IMG/VR virus record: IMGVR_UViG_3300035657_000024
Coordinates: 1-43,688 of that record
Length of the DNA stretch: 43,688 nucleotides
Strand: one strand, 5' to 3'
Origin: a virus
The position numbers were made by a program, and so were the translations under genes. The notes below the pieces were generated by a model that was not told the DNA's origin, did no database searches, and was given only the letters and a program-made list of their open reading frames with translations. Positions 7,085 to 16,153 of this stretch are shown one piece after another; position 1 is the stretch's first letter, and the number at the start of each line of letters is the position of its first letter.

Positions 7085-7231
7085 ATGTATACAGAACAGC
7101 CGATAGATGAATACAATGAAAGCCTGGATACGGGAACTGAATTAAAGGCGCATAAGCGCCTGAGAAGAATAATGCGGATAACGCAGGAGATTGAACAGGA
7201 GGAAAACAAAGAAGATGAGCACATTATATGA
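7085..7231 (+). CDS. Hypothetical small protein
   Basis: ATG at 7085 with SD gaagga. Confidence 0.45.
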   Translation: MYTEQPIDEYNESLDTGTELKAHKRLRRIMRITQEIEQEENKEDEHII

Positions 7232-7703
7232 GATCACAGGGCAGTATTTGGAACTGTATGAAATGATGGAATCAGCGGATGAGTTGGAGATGAAGGTTAT
7301 CGAAGACACGCTGGACGGCATGGACGGCGAACTAGAAGAAAAGGCGGAGAATTACGCAATCATTATGGCGGAGCTGGATGCGGAAGCCGCGAAGTTTGAA
7401 AAAGAAGCTGATCGCCTTGCGGCGCGCGCGGAGCAGTTACACGGACGGAGCGCGATGCTGAAAGACAGGCTAAAGAGAGCAATGGTACTTTGCGACCGGA
7501 AGAAGTTTAAAACAAACCTCTACTCGTTTGCAATCTGCAAAAACGGCGGCGTCGCTCCGATGGAAGTGGATGATACGGCAGTCCCAGACGATTACATGAA
7601 GAAAATCCCTGACACGTCTAAGATTAGAGAGGCATTGAATGCAGGAAAAACCCTCACATTTGCTGAATTGAAGGAGCGCGGGGAGCATCTTCGGATTAAG
7701 TAG
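7215..7703 (+). CDS. Siphovirus Gp157-like protein
   Basis: MSTLYEITGQYLELYEMMES... N-terminus typical of the Gp157 family (from recall). Sits upstream of the annealase. Confidence 0.65.
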   Translation: MSTLYEITGQYLELYEMMESADELEMKVIEDTLDGMDGELEEKAENYAIIMAELDAEAAKFEKEADRLAARAEQLHGRSAMLKDRLKRAMVLCDRKKFKTNLYSFAICKNGGVAPMEVDDTAVPDDYMKKIPDTSKIREALNAGKTLTFAELKERGEHLRIK

Positions 7704-7712
7704 GAGGCGGAC

Positions 7713-8231
7713 ATGAATAAATTTAGAGAGCTGAGGGCGGATGAGATTGAATGCCGCGTGTCCACAGTAAAAGAGAACGGCTGCTCACTATTGCTGTATA
7801 AGGATGCAAGATGTGACATGAACATCCTCGACGAGGCTGTAGGCCCGATGAACTGGGAGCGGAAGCATACGCGGGATAATGCGAATTGTACCGTAAGCAT
7901 TTATGACAGCGAGAAGCAACTTTGGATATCAAAAGAGGACACGGGCATAGAATCCTTTTCGGCAAAGGAAAAAGGACTTGCATCCGATAGTTTTAAACGC
8001 GCCTGTTTTAACTGGGGCATAGGGCGAGAGCTGTATACTGCGCCGTTTATATGGATTCCATCTGATAAAGTGCAAATATCCGGGACAAAGCCTAAATTTA
8101 CGACATACGATCGTTTCCATGTCACGCAGATCATCTACAAAGATTCCCGGATTGTGGCACTTGCTATTAAAAATACCTCCATTAACAAAATGGCTTTTGT
8201 GTATGACATAAGGGGCAAAGGGAAATCATGA
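7713..8231 (+). CDS. Rad52/Sak-like single-strand annealing protein
   Basis: ...GLASDSFKRACFNWGIGRELY... Rad52_Rad22-type motif. Confidence 0.75.
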   Translation: MNKFRELRADEIECRVSTVKENGCSLLLYKDARCDMNILDEAVGPMNWERKHTRDNANCTVSIYDSEKQLWISKEDTGIESFSAKEKGLASDSFKRACFNWGIGRELYTAPFIWIPSDKVQISGTKPKFTTYDRFHVTQIIYKDSRIVALAIKNTSINKMAFVYDIRGKGKS

Positions 8232-8932
8232 ATGCGTTTGTGAGGATAGAAAAGTACAAGGACACCGACAAGGGGACAGACTTAATTATATCCGTCCCGA
8301 TTAAAGGCCTCGGCGAAGTCCTCAGCAAAAAAAAGATTAAGGATGCAGAAATCCGGCTGGATGATGGACGGCATATATCCGCCGAGCAGCGTAAAAAGGC
8401 ATATGCGACGATCCGGGACATAGCATCTTATACTGGCTATCTTCCAGAGGAGCAGAAGGAGTGGTTGAAATACTTACATATCGTGAAAACAGGATGCGGA
8501 TATTTTAGCCTTGCAGACTGCTCTATGGATACGGCGCGGGAGTTTATTAACACCATATTGGAGTACGCGGTGGAAAATGGAATCCCATTAACGGATAACG
8601 CTGTGGAACGTACCGATGATATTAACCGATACCTGTATTTTTGTATAAAGCATAAAAAATGTGCGATATGCGGAAGAGATGGGGAAATACATCATTGGGA
8701 TGCTATCGGCATGGGAAACAACCGCAATACCCTAGACGATTCGGACCATCGAAAGATATGCCTATGCCGGGAGCATCACACAAACGCGCATCAGCGTGGA
8801 AGGGAGAGCTTCCAAAAAATGTATAAAGTATATGGAATTATCTACAAGGAGGATGAGGAAAACGAACAGCAGGAACAAGGGCGCGAGTGGAGAACGAGAG
8901 CTTGCGCGGAAACTGAAGGAATACGGCTATGA
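8228..8932 (+). CDS. HNH-type zinc-finger nuclease-like protein (DUF968-like)
   Basis: CAICGRDGEIHHWD...ICLCREHHTNAH motif. Confidence 0.65.
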   Translation: MNAFVRIEKYKDTDKGTDLIISVPIKGLGEVLSKKKIKDAEIRLDDGRHISAEQRKKAYATIRDIASYTGYLPEEQKEWLKYLHIVKTGCGYFSLADCSMDTAREFINTILEYAVENGIPLTDNAVERTDDINRYLYFCIKHKKCAICGRDGEIHHWDAIGMGNNRNTLDDSDHRKICLCREHHTNAHQRGRESFQKMYKVYGIIYKEDEENEQQEQGREWRTRACAETEGIRL

Positions 8933-9173
8933 AGCGCGCAGAGGACAACAATACTGTGGTTCGAACGGCGACGCTGATGTGGTTGGGCTACCAGGGATAC
9001 ACATCGAATGCAAGCGAGTAGAGCGTCTGAACCTGTATGATGCTTTTGCGCAGTCTGTTGCGGATGCAAAGACAGACGAGAAGCCGACCGTATTCCATCG
9101 AAAAAATAATTGCGGCTGGCTCGTTACCATGAGATTTGAAGATTTTATGGAGTTATACGGAGATAGCCGGTAA
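8853..9173 (+). CDS. PD-(D/E)XK Holliday-junction-resolvase-like nuclease (start uncertain: 8796, 8832 or 8853)
   Basis: NKGASGERELARKL...DADVVGL...IECK motif set. Confidence 0.65.
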   Translation: MRKTNSRNKGASGERELARKLKEYGYEARRGQQYCGSNGDADVVGLPGIHIECKRVERLNLYDAFAQSVADAKTDEKPTVFHRKNNCGWLVTMRFEDFMELYGDSR

Positions 9174-9383
9174 TGTGGTGAAACATGTTATAAGGAAGAG
9201 GATTAAACTTGGCTGGTACAAGGTTTTAGATAATCCTAACACAGTTGAAACACTGGCGCAATAAGCGCGAAAGAAACTACTAATTCGGGACTTGTTGGGG
9301 CGTATATATCACGGACATGACGGGGACCTCCTGTTACCCCAGCGCCGGGGGAAAACGGCGCACCCCATCGAAAGGAGATTTTT

Positions 9384-9824
9384 ATGGAGAATATTATTTC
9401 ATTAAACGATTTTTGCGGCGGGTCGTTATTAGAAAAAGCAAACACTGCACTGAAGGTTGTGCTTGAGAATATGCAGGACCCCAATACCCCATGGAAGAAA
9501 TCAAGAGAGCTGAACATCAAGCTGACATTTTCCCAGAACGAGAGCCGTGATGACATGGCGGTGGATGTATCTGTAACGTCAAAGATCGCGCCTGTGACGG
9601 CGATCCAGACGCGCATGGCAGTTGGGAAGGATCTGCGCACAGGTCAGGTATATGCGGAAGAATATGGCAAACAGGTCAAGGGTCAGATGTCTTTTGCAGA
9701 TGTGCTACAGGCTGCTGAAACAGTAGCGGAGCCGGAACGGGTGGTTGTCGGCGAAGAAGTTGTAGACACAGAAACGGGCGAAGTTATTGGAAAAGTAATG
9801 GATTTTAGAACGAAAGAAGCATAA
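9384..9824 (+). CDS. Hypothetical protein
   Basis: SD aaaggaga. Confidence 0.6.
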   Translation: MENIISLNDFCGGSLLEKANTALKVVLENMQDPNTPWKKSRELNIKLTFSQNESRDDMAVDVSVTSKIAPVTAIQTRMAVGKDLRTGQVYAEEYGKQVKGQMSFADVLQAAETVAEPERVVVGEEVVDTETGEVIGKVMDFRTKEA

Positions 9825-9837
9825 GGAGGACAGGATC

Positions 9838-10575
9838 ATGGATTTAAGAAATGCAATGGAGTACATCGCAGAGCAGGCAGCGCCGCATGTGGTTGAGATA
9901 AATGGGGATACATACACAGATAAGCGGATGACAAGGATCCCGCAGGAAATGCGGGCAGAGCCGATCCAGATGCGGACGCTCACAAGCCTTCTGGATTATA
10001 TTTCTTCCAATGTGGATGAGCTAGACGCGTGTAGAAAATATATGGTCCATGTGACATCGCCGACCCGCGTTGATCTGGTTTCCTGTCTCAATTTTGACCG
10101 GATGCGAGAGACGCTGGCAATTGTGGAAGCACAGATCCCGGAATTTAGCTATGACTCATATATGGATCATGAGCGTTTCCTGATCGCATTACAGGCAAAA
10201 TTCCTTCCGGGAGACGACAGGGAGCTGCTTTTAAAGTTTGCAGGTACGGTAGAATCCGGTACTGTAGCGCAGTACGGGGACGATGGTGTGACACAGAAGG
10301 CGACTGTGAAGAGCGGTATTTCCTCTAAAACAGATGCGATCGTACCGAATCCAGTGATCCTTGCACCGTACCGGACATTCCTGGAAGTTGAGCAGCCGGA
10401 AAGCTCCTTCATCTTCCGTATGCGGGACAGTGACCGTGGCGGCGTGTCCTGTGCGCTGTTTGAAGCGGATGGCGGGGCGTGGAGAAACGAAGCGATGAGT
10501 GATGTTGCTGCATACATTATTAAACAGTTAAGCGGACGCAATCTGCCGGAAGGTATGTTTACGGTAATTTATTAA
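9838..10575 (+). CDS. Hypothetical conserved early phage protein
   Basis: SD taaggagg. 245 aa. Confidence 0.6.
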   Translation: MDLRNAMEYIAEQAAPHVVEINGDTYTDKRMTRIPQEMRAEPIQMRTLTSLLDYISSNVDELDACRKYMVHVTSPTRVDLVSCLNFDRMRETLAIVEAQIPEFSYDSYMDHERFLIALQAKFLPGDDRELLLKFAGTVESGTVAQYGDDGVTQKATVKSGISSKTDAIVPNPVILAPYRTFLEVEQPESSFIFRMRDSDRGGVSCALFEADGGAWRNEAMSDVAAYIIKQLSGRNLPEGMFTVIY

Positions 10576-10624
10576 AAGCGAGCCGCTGCCCCATGCGGGC
10601 GGCGGTATCAAAAAGGCGGGCGGA

Positions 10625-11362
10625 ATGAATTATATAGCAGAAATCAACGCCTTTGAACAATGGCTCGAAACCCACACATTGCCGATCACTGCTCAGTTGT
10701 TATGGTACAAACTGATGGCTTTTAACAACAAGACTTTGTGGAGCGAATGGATGCAAGTAGATAACCTGCGTTTGATGGCAGCCCTTCAAATGGGACGTGA
10801 AGCTACCTTGATAAAGGCGAGAGGCGATCTCATTAAAGCTGGGTTGATTGAATACCAAAAAGGAAAAAAAGGCAGCCCAAATCGTTATCATATGATTTCA
10901 CTCACTGACGGAAATACTTTCAGAAGCGTAGTACAAAGCGTAGGACAAACCGAAGTACAAAGCGTAGTACAAACAGTAGGACAAACCGAAGTACAAAGCG
11001 TAGCCATAAATAAATATAAACAAAAACAAAACATAAACGAAACACCCCCTATCCCCCCACTGCGATGTTTTCAAAAATTTCTTGCGTCGTATCCTGGGAG
11101 GGCATCCACCTACATGACAGGGACGGCATATGCGGATCTGGTTTCTTCAGGACAGGTTTCGGAGGAGGATCTTGTAGCGGCTGCAGAAAACTATGCGGAT
11201 GAATGCCGACAGCGCAATACAGATCTCCGGTTTGTGAAAAAGGCGGAAAACTTTTTACGTGACATGACATTTGATTATTACTTGCCGGGAAAGTATACGG
11301 CAGATCATGGGGATAAAGCAAAAGAGGAGGGATATTATGGCATCAGCGCAGCCGAACTGTAA
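10625..11362 (+). CDS. Replisome organizer / DnaD-like replication initiation protein
   Basis: N-terminal ...FEQWLETHTLPITAQLLWYKLMAFNN... plus winged-helix ...LIKAGLIEYQKGKKGSPNRY. Internal iterons. Followed by a helicase loader. Confidence 0.7.
   Translation: MNYIAEINAFEQWLETHTLPITAQLLWYKLMAFNNKTLWSEWMQVDNLRLMAALQMGREATLIKARGDLIKAGLIEYQKGKKGSPNRYHMISLTDGNTFRSVVQSVGQTEVQSVVQTVGQTEVQSVAINKYKQKQNINETPPIPPLRCFQKFLASYPGRASTYMTGTAYADLVSSGQVSEEDLVAAAENYADECRQRNTDLRFVKKAENFLRDMTFDYYLPGKYTADHGDKAKEEGYYGISAAEL
10925..11003 (+). repeat. 36-bp tandem direct repeats, about 2.2 copies (candidate origin iterons)
   Basis: agcgtagtacaaa[gc/ca]gtaggacaaaccgaagtacaa twice, then agcgtag. Encodes SVVQSVGQTEVQSVVQTVGQTEVQSV. 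Confidence 0.75.
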
Positions 11363-12080
11363 AATTTGCAACGGGACGGGATGGCAGTTTTATACAGCGC
11401 ATGTTGAAGGCTACCCGCTGGAAGTCGAATATGTCAGGGCGTGCCCGAAGTGTTCCGGACAGTGGCGTTCCGACGATCGGACAGGAGTACCAGATGAATT
11501 TCATGAGGCAGATTTGCAGAAGTTTAACTTTGGTGCATATTCGGAGTATGCAGCAGGGCTGGAACGTTTGGCAGGAAGTATGCTGACGGATTGGGCAGAC
11601 TGGGAGAACGCAGGGAAAGGGTTGTACCTGTGGAGCACAACGCCAGGAAGTGGAAAAACGTTTCTGTCCTGCTGCATTGCAAAGTCGGTCATGATGAAAT
11701 ACGGGCTTCAAATGAGGTTTATCGCCGCACCGGATTATATAAATCTTGTGGCGGAGAGTTACCGGCGTGAGCGCGGGGAGTACGACCCGTCTGAAGTGTA
11801 CCGGACATGCCAACTATTGGTTTTTGATGACATCGGGACACAGCTTGACAAGGAATGGCAGCGCAAGGAGATATTCCAACTGGTAAATCATCGGATGGCA
11901 TCGGGATGTGTAACAATCTACACATCAAATCTGCCAGTAGAAAAACTGAATATTGACGACCGCACGAAAAGCCGGATTGAGCGGGATTCCATCGTGGTAA
12001 AAATGCCGGAAGAGAATATCCGACGGAAGATTGCGGCGGGCGAGCAGGAAAGATTTTTAAGAAAAATACAGAAAGGGTGA
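11337..12080 (+). CDS. DnaC/IstB-like AAA+ helicase loader with N-terminal zinc finger
   Basis: CKICNGTGW..CPKCSG, Walker A TPGSGKTF and Walker B LLVFDDIG. Confidence 0.85.
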   Translation: MASAQPNCKICNGTGWQFYTAHVEGYPLEVEYVRACPKCSGQWRSDDRTGVPDEFHEADLQKFNFGAYSEYAAGLERLAGSMLTDWADWENAGKGLYLWSTTPGSGKTFLSCCIAKSVMMKYGLQMRFIAAPDYINLVAESYRRERGEYDPSEVYRTCQLLVFDDIGTQLDKEWQRKEIFQLVNHRMASGCVTIYTSNLPVEKLNIDDRTKSRIERDSIVVKMPEENIRRKIAAGEQERFLRKIQKG

Positions 12081-12086
12081 TGAAGG

Positions 12087-12443
12087 ATGCCGAAAGACTG
12101 TGCATATCCAGCGTGTAATGTCTGCTCATACGCAGATTGTATGATGGAAGATAAAGAATTGCACGCGATGATTAAACGCCGGAACTGGCAGAAAAACCCA
12201 GAATTGTATCGGCAGAAACAGCGGGACTACCGCAGCCGGATTAAGGCAAATCTCCCGCATTGCGATGAGTGCGAATCCTGCGTACTGGTCCGCAAGGAGA
12301 AACAGGACGGATACCGGCGGCTGTGCATCACAGATATGAGACTGATTGAGCAGAAGGTTTCAAACAGTCCTCAGTGGTGCAGGAAGAGAGGAAAACGGAA
12401 TGGGACGAAAGATAATCTTGTACGACCTGTACAAGAACGATGA
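12087..12443 (+). CDS. Cys-rich hypothetical protein
   Basis: Several CxxC-type pairs (CNVCSYADC, CDECESC). Confidence 0.55.
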   Translation: MPKDCAYPACNVCSYADCMMEDKELHAMIKRRNWQKNPELYRQKQRDYRSRIKANLPHCDECESCVLVRKEKQDGYRRLCITDMRLIEQKVSNSPQWCRKRGKRNGTKDNLVRPVQER

Positions 12444-12621
12444 GTACCAGGGACGGTACAAAGCAAAAGAGCTTATGTATTTGCTGGGCATGTCCCGCGA
12501 GACCATAGCCAGCCGCGTATACCACGGCGTAAAGGCAAAAGACGGCTACGAGATTATGAGAGCGGAGCCGGATGGATGGGCAGAGAGCTGGGAGCGGGCA
12601 TGTGCGCCGCTCAGGAGGTAA
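12400..12621 (+). CDS. Hypothetical protein
   Basis: SD gaggaaaacgg before the ATG at 12400. Confidence 0.5.
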   Translation: MGRKIILYDLYKNDEYQGRYKAKELMYLLGMSRETIASRVYHGVKAKDGYEIMRAEPDGWAESWERACAPLRR

Positions 12622-12623
12622 AA

Positions 12624-12764
12624 ATGCGAAAGATAATAACTGTATTAGTAGTCCTGACGGGTGTGCTATTGTACCGGATTTATAAAGCCGGAGAAAGCAT
12701 TGTCCTGGAGCAGGATACTGACAGGATAGGACAAAGGAGACAGGAGAATGGCAATATGGATTAA
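12624..12764 (+). CDS. Small membrane protein (46 aa)
   Basis: SD aggaggt. N-terminal TM segment IITVLVVLTGVLLY. Confidence 0.45.
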   Translation: MRKIITVLVVLTGVLLYRIYKAGESIVLEQDTDRIGQRRQENGNMD

Positions 12765-12966
12765 AACGCAGCCGGATGCCGAACCGGTATGGATGGCGGC
12801 AGATAACCGGATCAGGGAACTGGCGCTCTCGATCGAACGGCGTGCAAGTATCGCACCGGATGCGGATAGGCTTCGGAAAATCCGGGAGTGGGCAACAGAG
12901 ATTGTTTGCCAGTGCGACATGGTGGAACGTGTGTGGGAGCAGGCAGAACCGACATGGAAGAGGTGA
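12748..12966 (+). CDS. Hypothetical protein
   Basis: SD aaaggaga...ggaga. Confidence 0.5.
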   Translation: MAIWIKTQPDAEPVWMAADNRIRELALSIERRASIAPDADRLRKIREWATEIVCQCDMVERVWEQAEPTWKR

Positions 12967-12975
12967 GGAGAAAAA

Positions 12976-14418
12976 ATGCAATTTATTGATTTTTTTGCGG
13001 GGATAGGCGGGTTTAGAAAAGGAATGGAGTTGGCGGGGCATAAATGTGTTGGATTTTGCGAGTTTGACAAATTTGCAACGGCAAGCTATATATCTATGCA
13101 CCTACTCACGCAAAAACAAAGAGAATCATTAGAAAAAGTGCCATTGAAGAAACGGCAAAAAGAAATATTGAAGGAGGAATACAGAAATGGAGAATGGTAC
13201 GCAAATGACATTCGAAGAGTATATGCAAGAGACATTCCAAGGGCAGACTGCTGGTGCTTCGGATTCCCATGTCAGGACATTTCTGTCGCAGGAAAGCAAA
13301 TTGGATTTCAAGGAAACCGCTCGAGCCTGTTTTTCAGAGTTATGTACCTTATCGGACAGCTCGAGGAAGAAAATAAACCCACTTACCTTTTCATTGAGAA
13401 CGTTAAGAATTTGCTTAGTGTTAATGGAGGATGGGATTTCGCCAGGCTGCTCGTTGAAATGGACAGGGAGGGGTACGATGCAGAGTGGCAAGTTCTCAAC
13501 TCTAAAGATTTTGGAGTGCCGCAAAACAGAGAAAGGTGTTTTATTATCGGACATCTTAGAGGACGAAGTACCGCAAAAGTATTTCCTGTCGAAGGAACAG
13601 ACGGGGAAAATAGTGTTCAAATAGTCGGTCATAAAGACGGATACAGAAGAAATGCGCAGGTCTTTGCACCAGAAGGAGCAACAGAAGCACTTGATACTGG
13701 ACAAGGCGGTGAAAGAGGTCATCATGTTACATTGCCGTGTTTCATTGATTTGTGCTACGAAGGCTCACAGATGACAGAGCAGGCACGATGCTTGAAAGCA
13801 AGATACTACAAAGGCATGGCGAATCATGCAGGGCAGGACAGCGGAATTGCAATTCCGGTATTAACAAAAAATAAGGGAGAGGGAATAAAGACGGCAATTA
13901 AAATCATTGGCGAAATAAACTCATCTCAGGACGGAAAAATTCTTTCAACTGATGGTATTGCAAAATGCCATTCGGCAGGACACATGAATAATCCGAAGAT
14001 TGCAATTCCAGTATTAACACCCGACAGAGCAGAAAAACGTCAGAATGGAAGACGATTTAAAGATGATGGAGAGCCGATGCTCACGTTGACAGGACAGGAC
14101 CGGCATGGAATTGCGATTGAGGTCAAGGAAGCAACAGCAAACACGCTTGATACAAGCTGCAATCAAGGGATTTTCGTGCAGGTATCAGATGAACTGATTG
14201 TATACGCGGTCTGGTATGAAAAGCTTCAGTGTTACATAGCAATCCGAAAGTTAACGCCAAAAGAATGTTTTAGACTTCAGGGGTGGGCAGATGATTATTT
14301 TGAAAAAGCAGCGTTTGTTAATTCAGATAGTCAGTTATATAAGCAGGCAGGAAATGGAGTCACTGTAAATGTTATTTTTGATATAGCAAAGAAACTAAAA
14401 AGGGGCGTTAAAGATTGA
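12976..14418 (+). CDS. DNA (cytosine-5)-methyltransferase with an enlarged variable region
   Basis: Motifs FAGIGG (I), FPCQDIS (IV), ENVKNL (VI), QNRERCF (VIII) and GNGVTVNV (X). Confidence 0.92.
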   Translation: MQFIDFFAGIGGFRKGMELAGHKCVGFCEFDKFATASYISMHLLTQKQRESLEKVPLKKRQKEILKEEYRNGEWYANDIRRVYARDIPRADCWCFGFPCQDISVAGKQIGFQGNRSSLFFRVMYLIGQLEEENKPTYLFIENVKNLLSVNGGWDFARLLVEMDREGYDAEWQVLNSKDFGVPQNRERCFIIGHLRGRSTAKVFPVEGTDGENSVQIVGHKDGYRRNAQVFAPEGATEALDTGQGGERGHHVTLPCFIDLCYEGSQMTEQARCLKARYYKGMANHAGQDSGIAIPVLTKNKGEGIKTAIKIIGEINSSQDGKILSTDGIAKCHSAGHMNNPKIAIPVLTPDRAEKRQNGRRFKDDGEPMLTLTGQDRHGIAIEVKEATANTLDTSCNQGIFVQVSDELIVYAVWYEKLQCYIAIRKLTPKECFRLQGWADDYFEKAAFVNSDSQLYKQAGNGVTVNVIFDIAKKLKRGVKD

Positions 14419-14487
14419 GTGCAACATATATGCATAAAGTGGTACCTATTGTTAATTAACAAAGATGAGATTTGATGGAGGCGGACA

Positions 14488-14718
14488 ATGCCGATTGAAT
14501 GGTTAAAATGGAACGATGACGTTGAAGAGTGGGGGGAGATAGAGTGCCCGATGCTTGGAAACGAGATGGTAATGACATATTATCCCAAAGGATGTCCTTG
14601 CTATTATTCTTACACAGCGCCGTTTGTGAATGAAGATGGAGACATTGGATATTACAGATATGACCATAATGAGGGATGCTGGGACGAAGATACGTTCTTC
14701 TGCATCGGGAATAGATGA
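14488..14718 (+). CDS. Hypothetical Cys-rich protein
   Basis: SD ggaggcgg. Confidence 0.55.
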   Translation: MPIEWLKWNDDVEEWGEIECPMLGNEMVMTYYPKGCPCYYSYTAPFVNEDGDIGYYRYDHNEGCWDEDTFFCIGNR

Positions 14719-14778
14719 TACCAAAAACAGAGGGGATAGTATGAAATGGTATCAACCAATGATTTGCGGGGGGCATGG

Positions 14779-15360
14779 ATGTATAAAAACGCAGAGGGCT
14801 ACCGCGACGAAACATCCTGCCGGGCGATTATCGCGGTAGCAAGAGAAGAGAGAATAAAGCGCAGGAAGATGCAGGAGGACAAGAATATGGATAGAGAGAA
14901 TAGAACCGGAGAAGTTTGGAGAACACGAACCGTCACAGGGACAGAGAAGATCGTGCTGGTGGTAGCAGACAACGGGGCGATGACATATGTAATTAACCTG
15001 GCAGAAGAGGGCGTGCATACAGATATCGAAGTAAACTGCGATGGGCTGCGGTACGGTTCCAGCGATCGAATGTATTATGTGCCATTCAGAAGTTTTGAGG
15101 AATACCTCCGTACAGTAACAGATGAGCAGCTGGCAAATGTGAAAAACAAGCTTGCGGCGGCGATCGGAATTGAGCCGCAGATCATAGAAAAAGAAGTTGT
15201 CCGGGAAGTACCGGTGGAAATTCCGAGCAATATCGCTCCTGCGGAGCCACAAAAATGTTGTGATGCAGAGGTGCAGGAGCTTATGATCCGTGCGGAAAGA
15301 GCAGAAGCACTGCTGGAAGAGTACAGAGAGCTGTATAAAAACGTAATCGAAAAAATCTGA
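14779..15360 (+). CDS. Hypothetical protein
   Basis: MYKNAEGYRDETSCRAI N-terminal motif, recalled from small Clostridia phage proteins. Confidence 0.55.
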   Translation: MYKNAEGYRDETSCRAIIAVAREERIKRRKMQEDKNMDRENRTGEVWRTRTVTGTEKIVLVVADNGAMTYVINLAEEGVHTDIEVNCDGLRYGSSDRMYYVPFRSFEEYLRTVTDEQLANVKNKLAAAIGIEPQIIEKEVVREVPVEIPSNIAPAEPQKCCDAEVQELMIRAERAEALLEEYRELYKNVIEKI

Positions 15361-15383
15361 CGTTATTAAGGAGGGATAAGAAA

Positions 15384-15554
15384 ATGGACAAAAAGGATAT
15401 TTTAGGAAAGTTGGGCAAAATAGCGGCTGCGGCTTGGCTGATACTATTTATTCTGGCGTTTAGTATGGACCGCTCCAGAAGAATGGGAGATGTGTTAATA
15501 CTCTCAGCCTTTGCTGGGGTGTTGCCTATGATTTTTTTTACGATTGGTGATTAG
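15384..15554 (+). CDS. Small membrane protein (56 aa, below the track cutoff)
   Basis: SD aaggaggg. Two hydrophobic segments. Confidence 0.5.
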   Translation: MDKKDILGKLGKIAAAAWLILFILAFSMDRSRRMGDVLILSAFAGVLPMIFFTIGD

Positions 15555-15607
15555 CCAGATGTATTTTGCAAAGGCGAAAATGATCATTTAAAGGAAGGAA
15601 AAGAGCT

Positions 15608-16150
15608 ATGAAAAATTGGAAATTACCATTGATTATCGTAGGAGCAGTAGTTGCAGCAGTTTTGGTGTGTGTGTTTGGAGTACAGTCAGTACAGAACCGG
15701 GCAATCAGCCTTGAAGAATCGGTCTATACTGCTGAATCTGACATTAAAGTGCAGGAGAAACGCAGGGTTGACTTGGTCTATAATCTGGCAGACTGTGTGA
15801 AACAGTACGATAGGCATGAATCAGAAACATTGACTGGACTTGCAGATGGAATGAGCGAAGGGAACAGTGTAGAAGATGTAAATACTGTGATCGCGGCAGT
15901 TACATACGCTTATCCAGAATTGAAAAGCAATGAGAATTATAAGCAACTCATGAATGAATTGTCTATTACCGAAAACATGATTGCCCAGTACCGGGAAAAT
16001 TACAATAAATCCGTAACAGCTTATAACAGGTATGCAAAGAAGTTTCCAGCAAGAATCTTCCTCGACTGGACAGGCTATGAGGTTTTGAAATTTCAGCGGT
16101 TGGATTATCAAGCACCAGTTGACGCACCGCAGGATTTATTTGGAGAATAG
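15608..16150 (+). CDS. lemA: LemA family membrane protein
   Basis: N-terminal TM then ...QEKRRVDLVYNL...YPELKSNENYKQLMNEL...YNKSVTAYNRYAKKFPARIF... Confidence 0.88.
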   Translation: MKNWKLPLIIVGAVVAAVLVCVFGVQSVQNRAISLEESVYTAESDIKVQEKRRVDLVYNLADCVKQYDRHESETLTGLADGMSEGNSVEDVNTVIAAVTYAYPELKSNENYKQLMNELSITENMIAQYRENYNKSVTAYNRYAKKFPARIFLDWTGYEVLKFQRLDYQAPVDAPQDLFGE

Positions 16151-16153
16151 CTT

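Noticed and set aside
10925-11003. Tandem 36-bp repeats as a possible CRISPR array
   Set aside because: The repeats are contiguous with no spacers, number only about 2.2 copies, and lie in frame inside a coding gene. Iterons are the better explanation.
12328-13101. 257-aa minus-strand ORF, and the nested 134-aa ORF at 12666..13070
   Set aside because: They are antisense to four short + strand genes and the start of the methyltransferase. They have no SD and a Pro/Cys/Arg-rich shadow-frame composition.
13187-13624. 145-aa alternative-frame ORF inside the methyltransferase
   Set aside because: The methyltransferase frame carries all the canonical motifs across this interval, so the alternative frame is incidental.
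14449-14462. Perfect 14-bp palindrome ttgttaattaacaa after the methyltransferase
   Set aside because: It is AT-only, short and single-copy, and nothing partners with it. It could be an operator, but nothing beyond the palindrome supports that.
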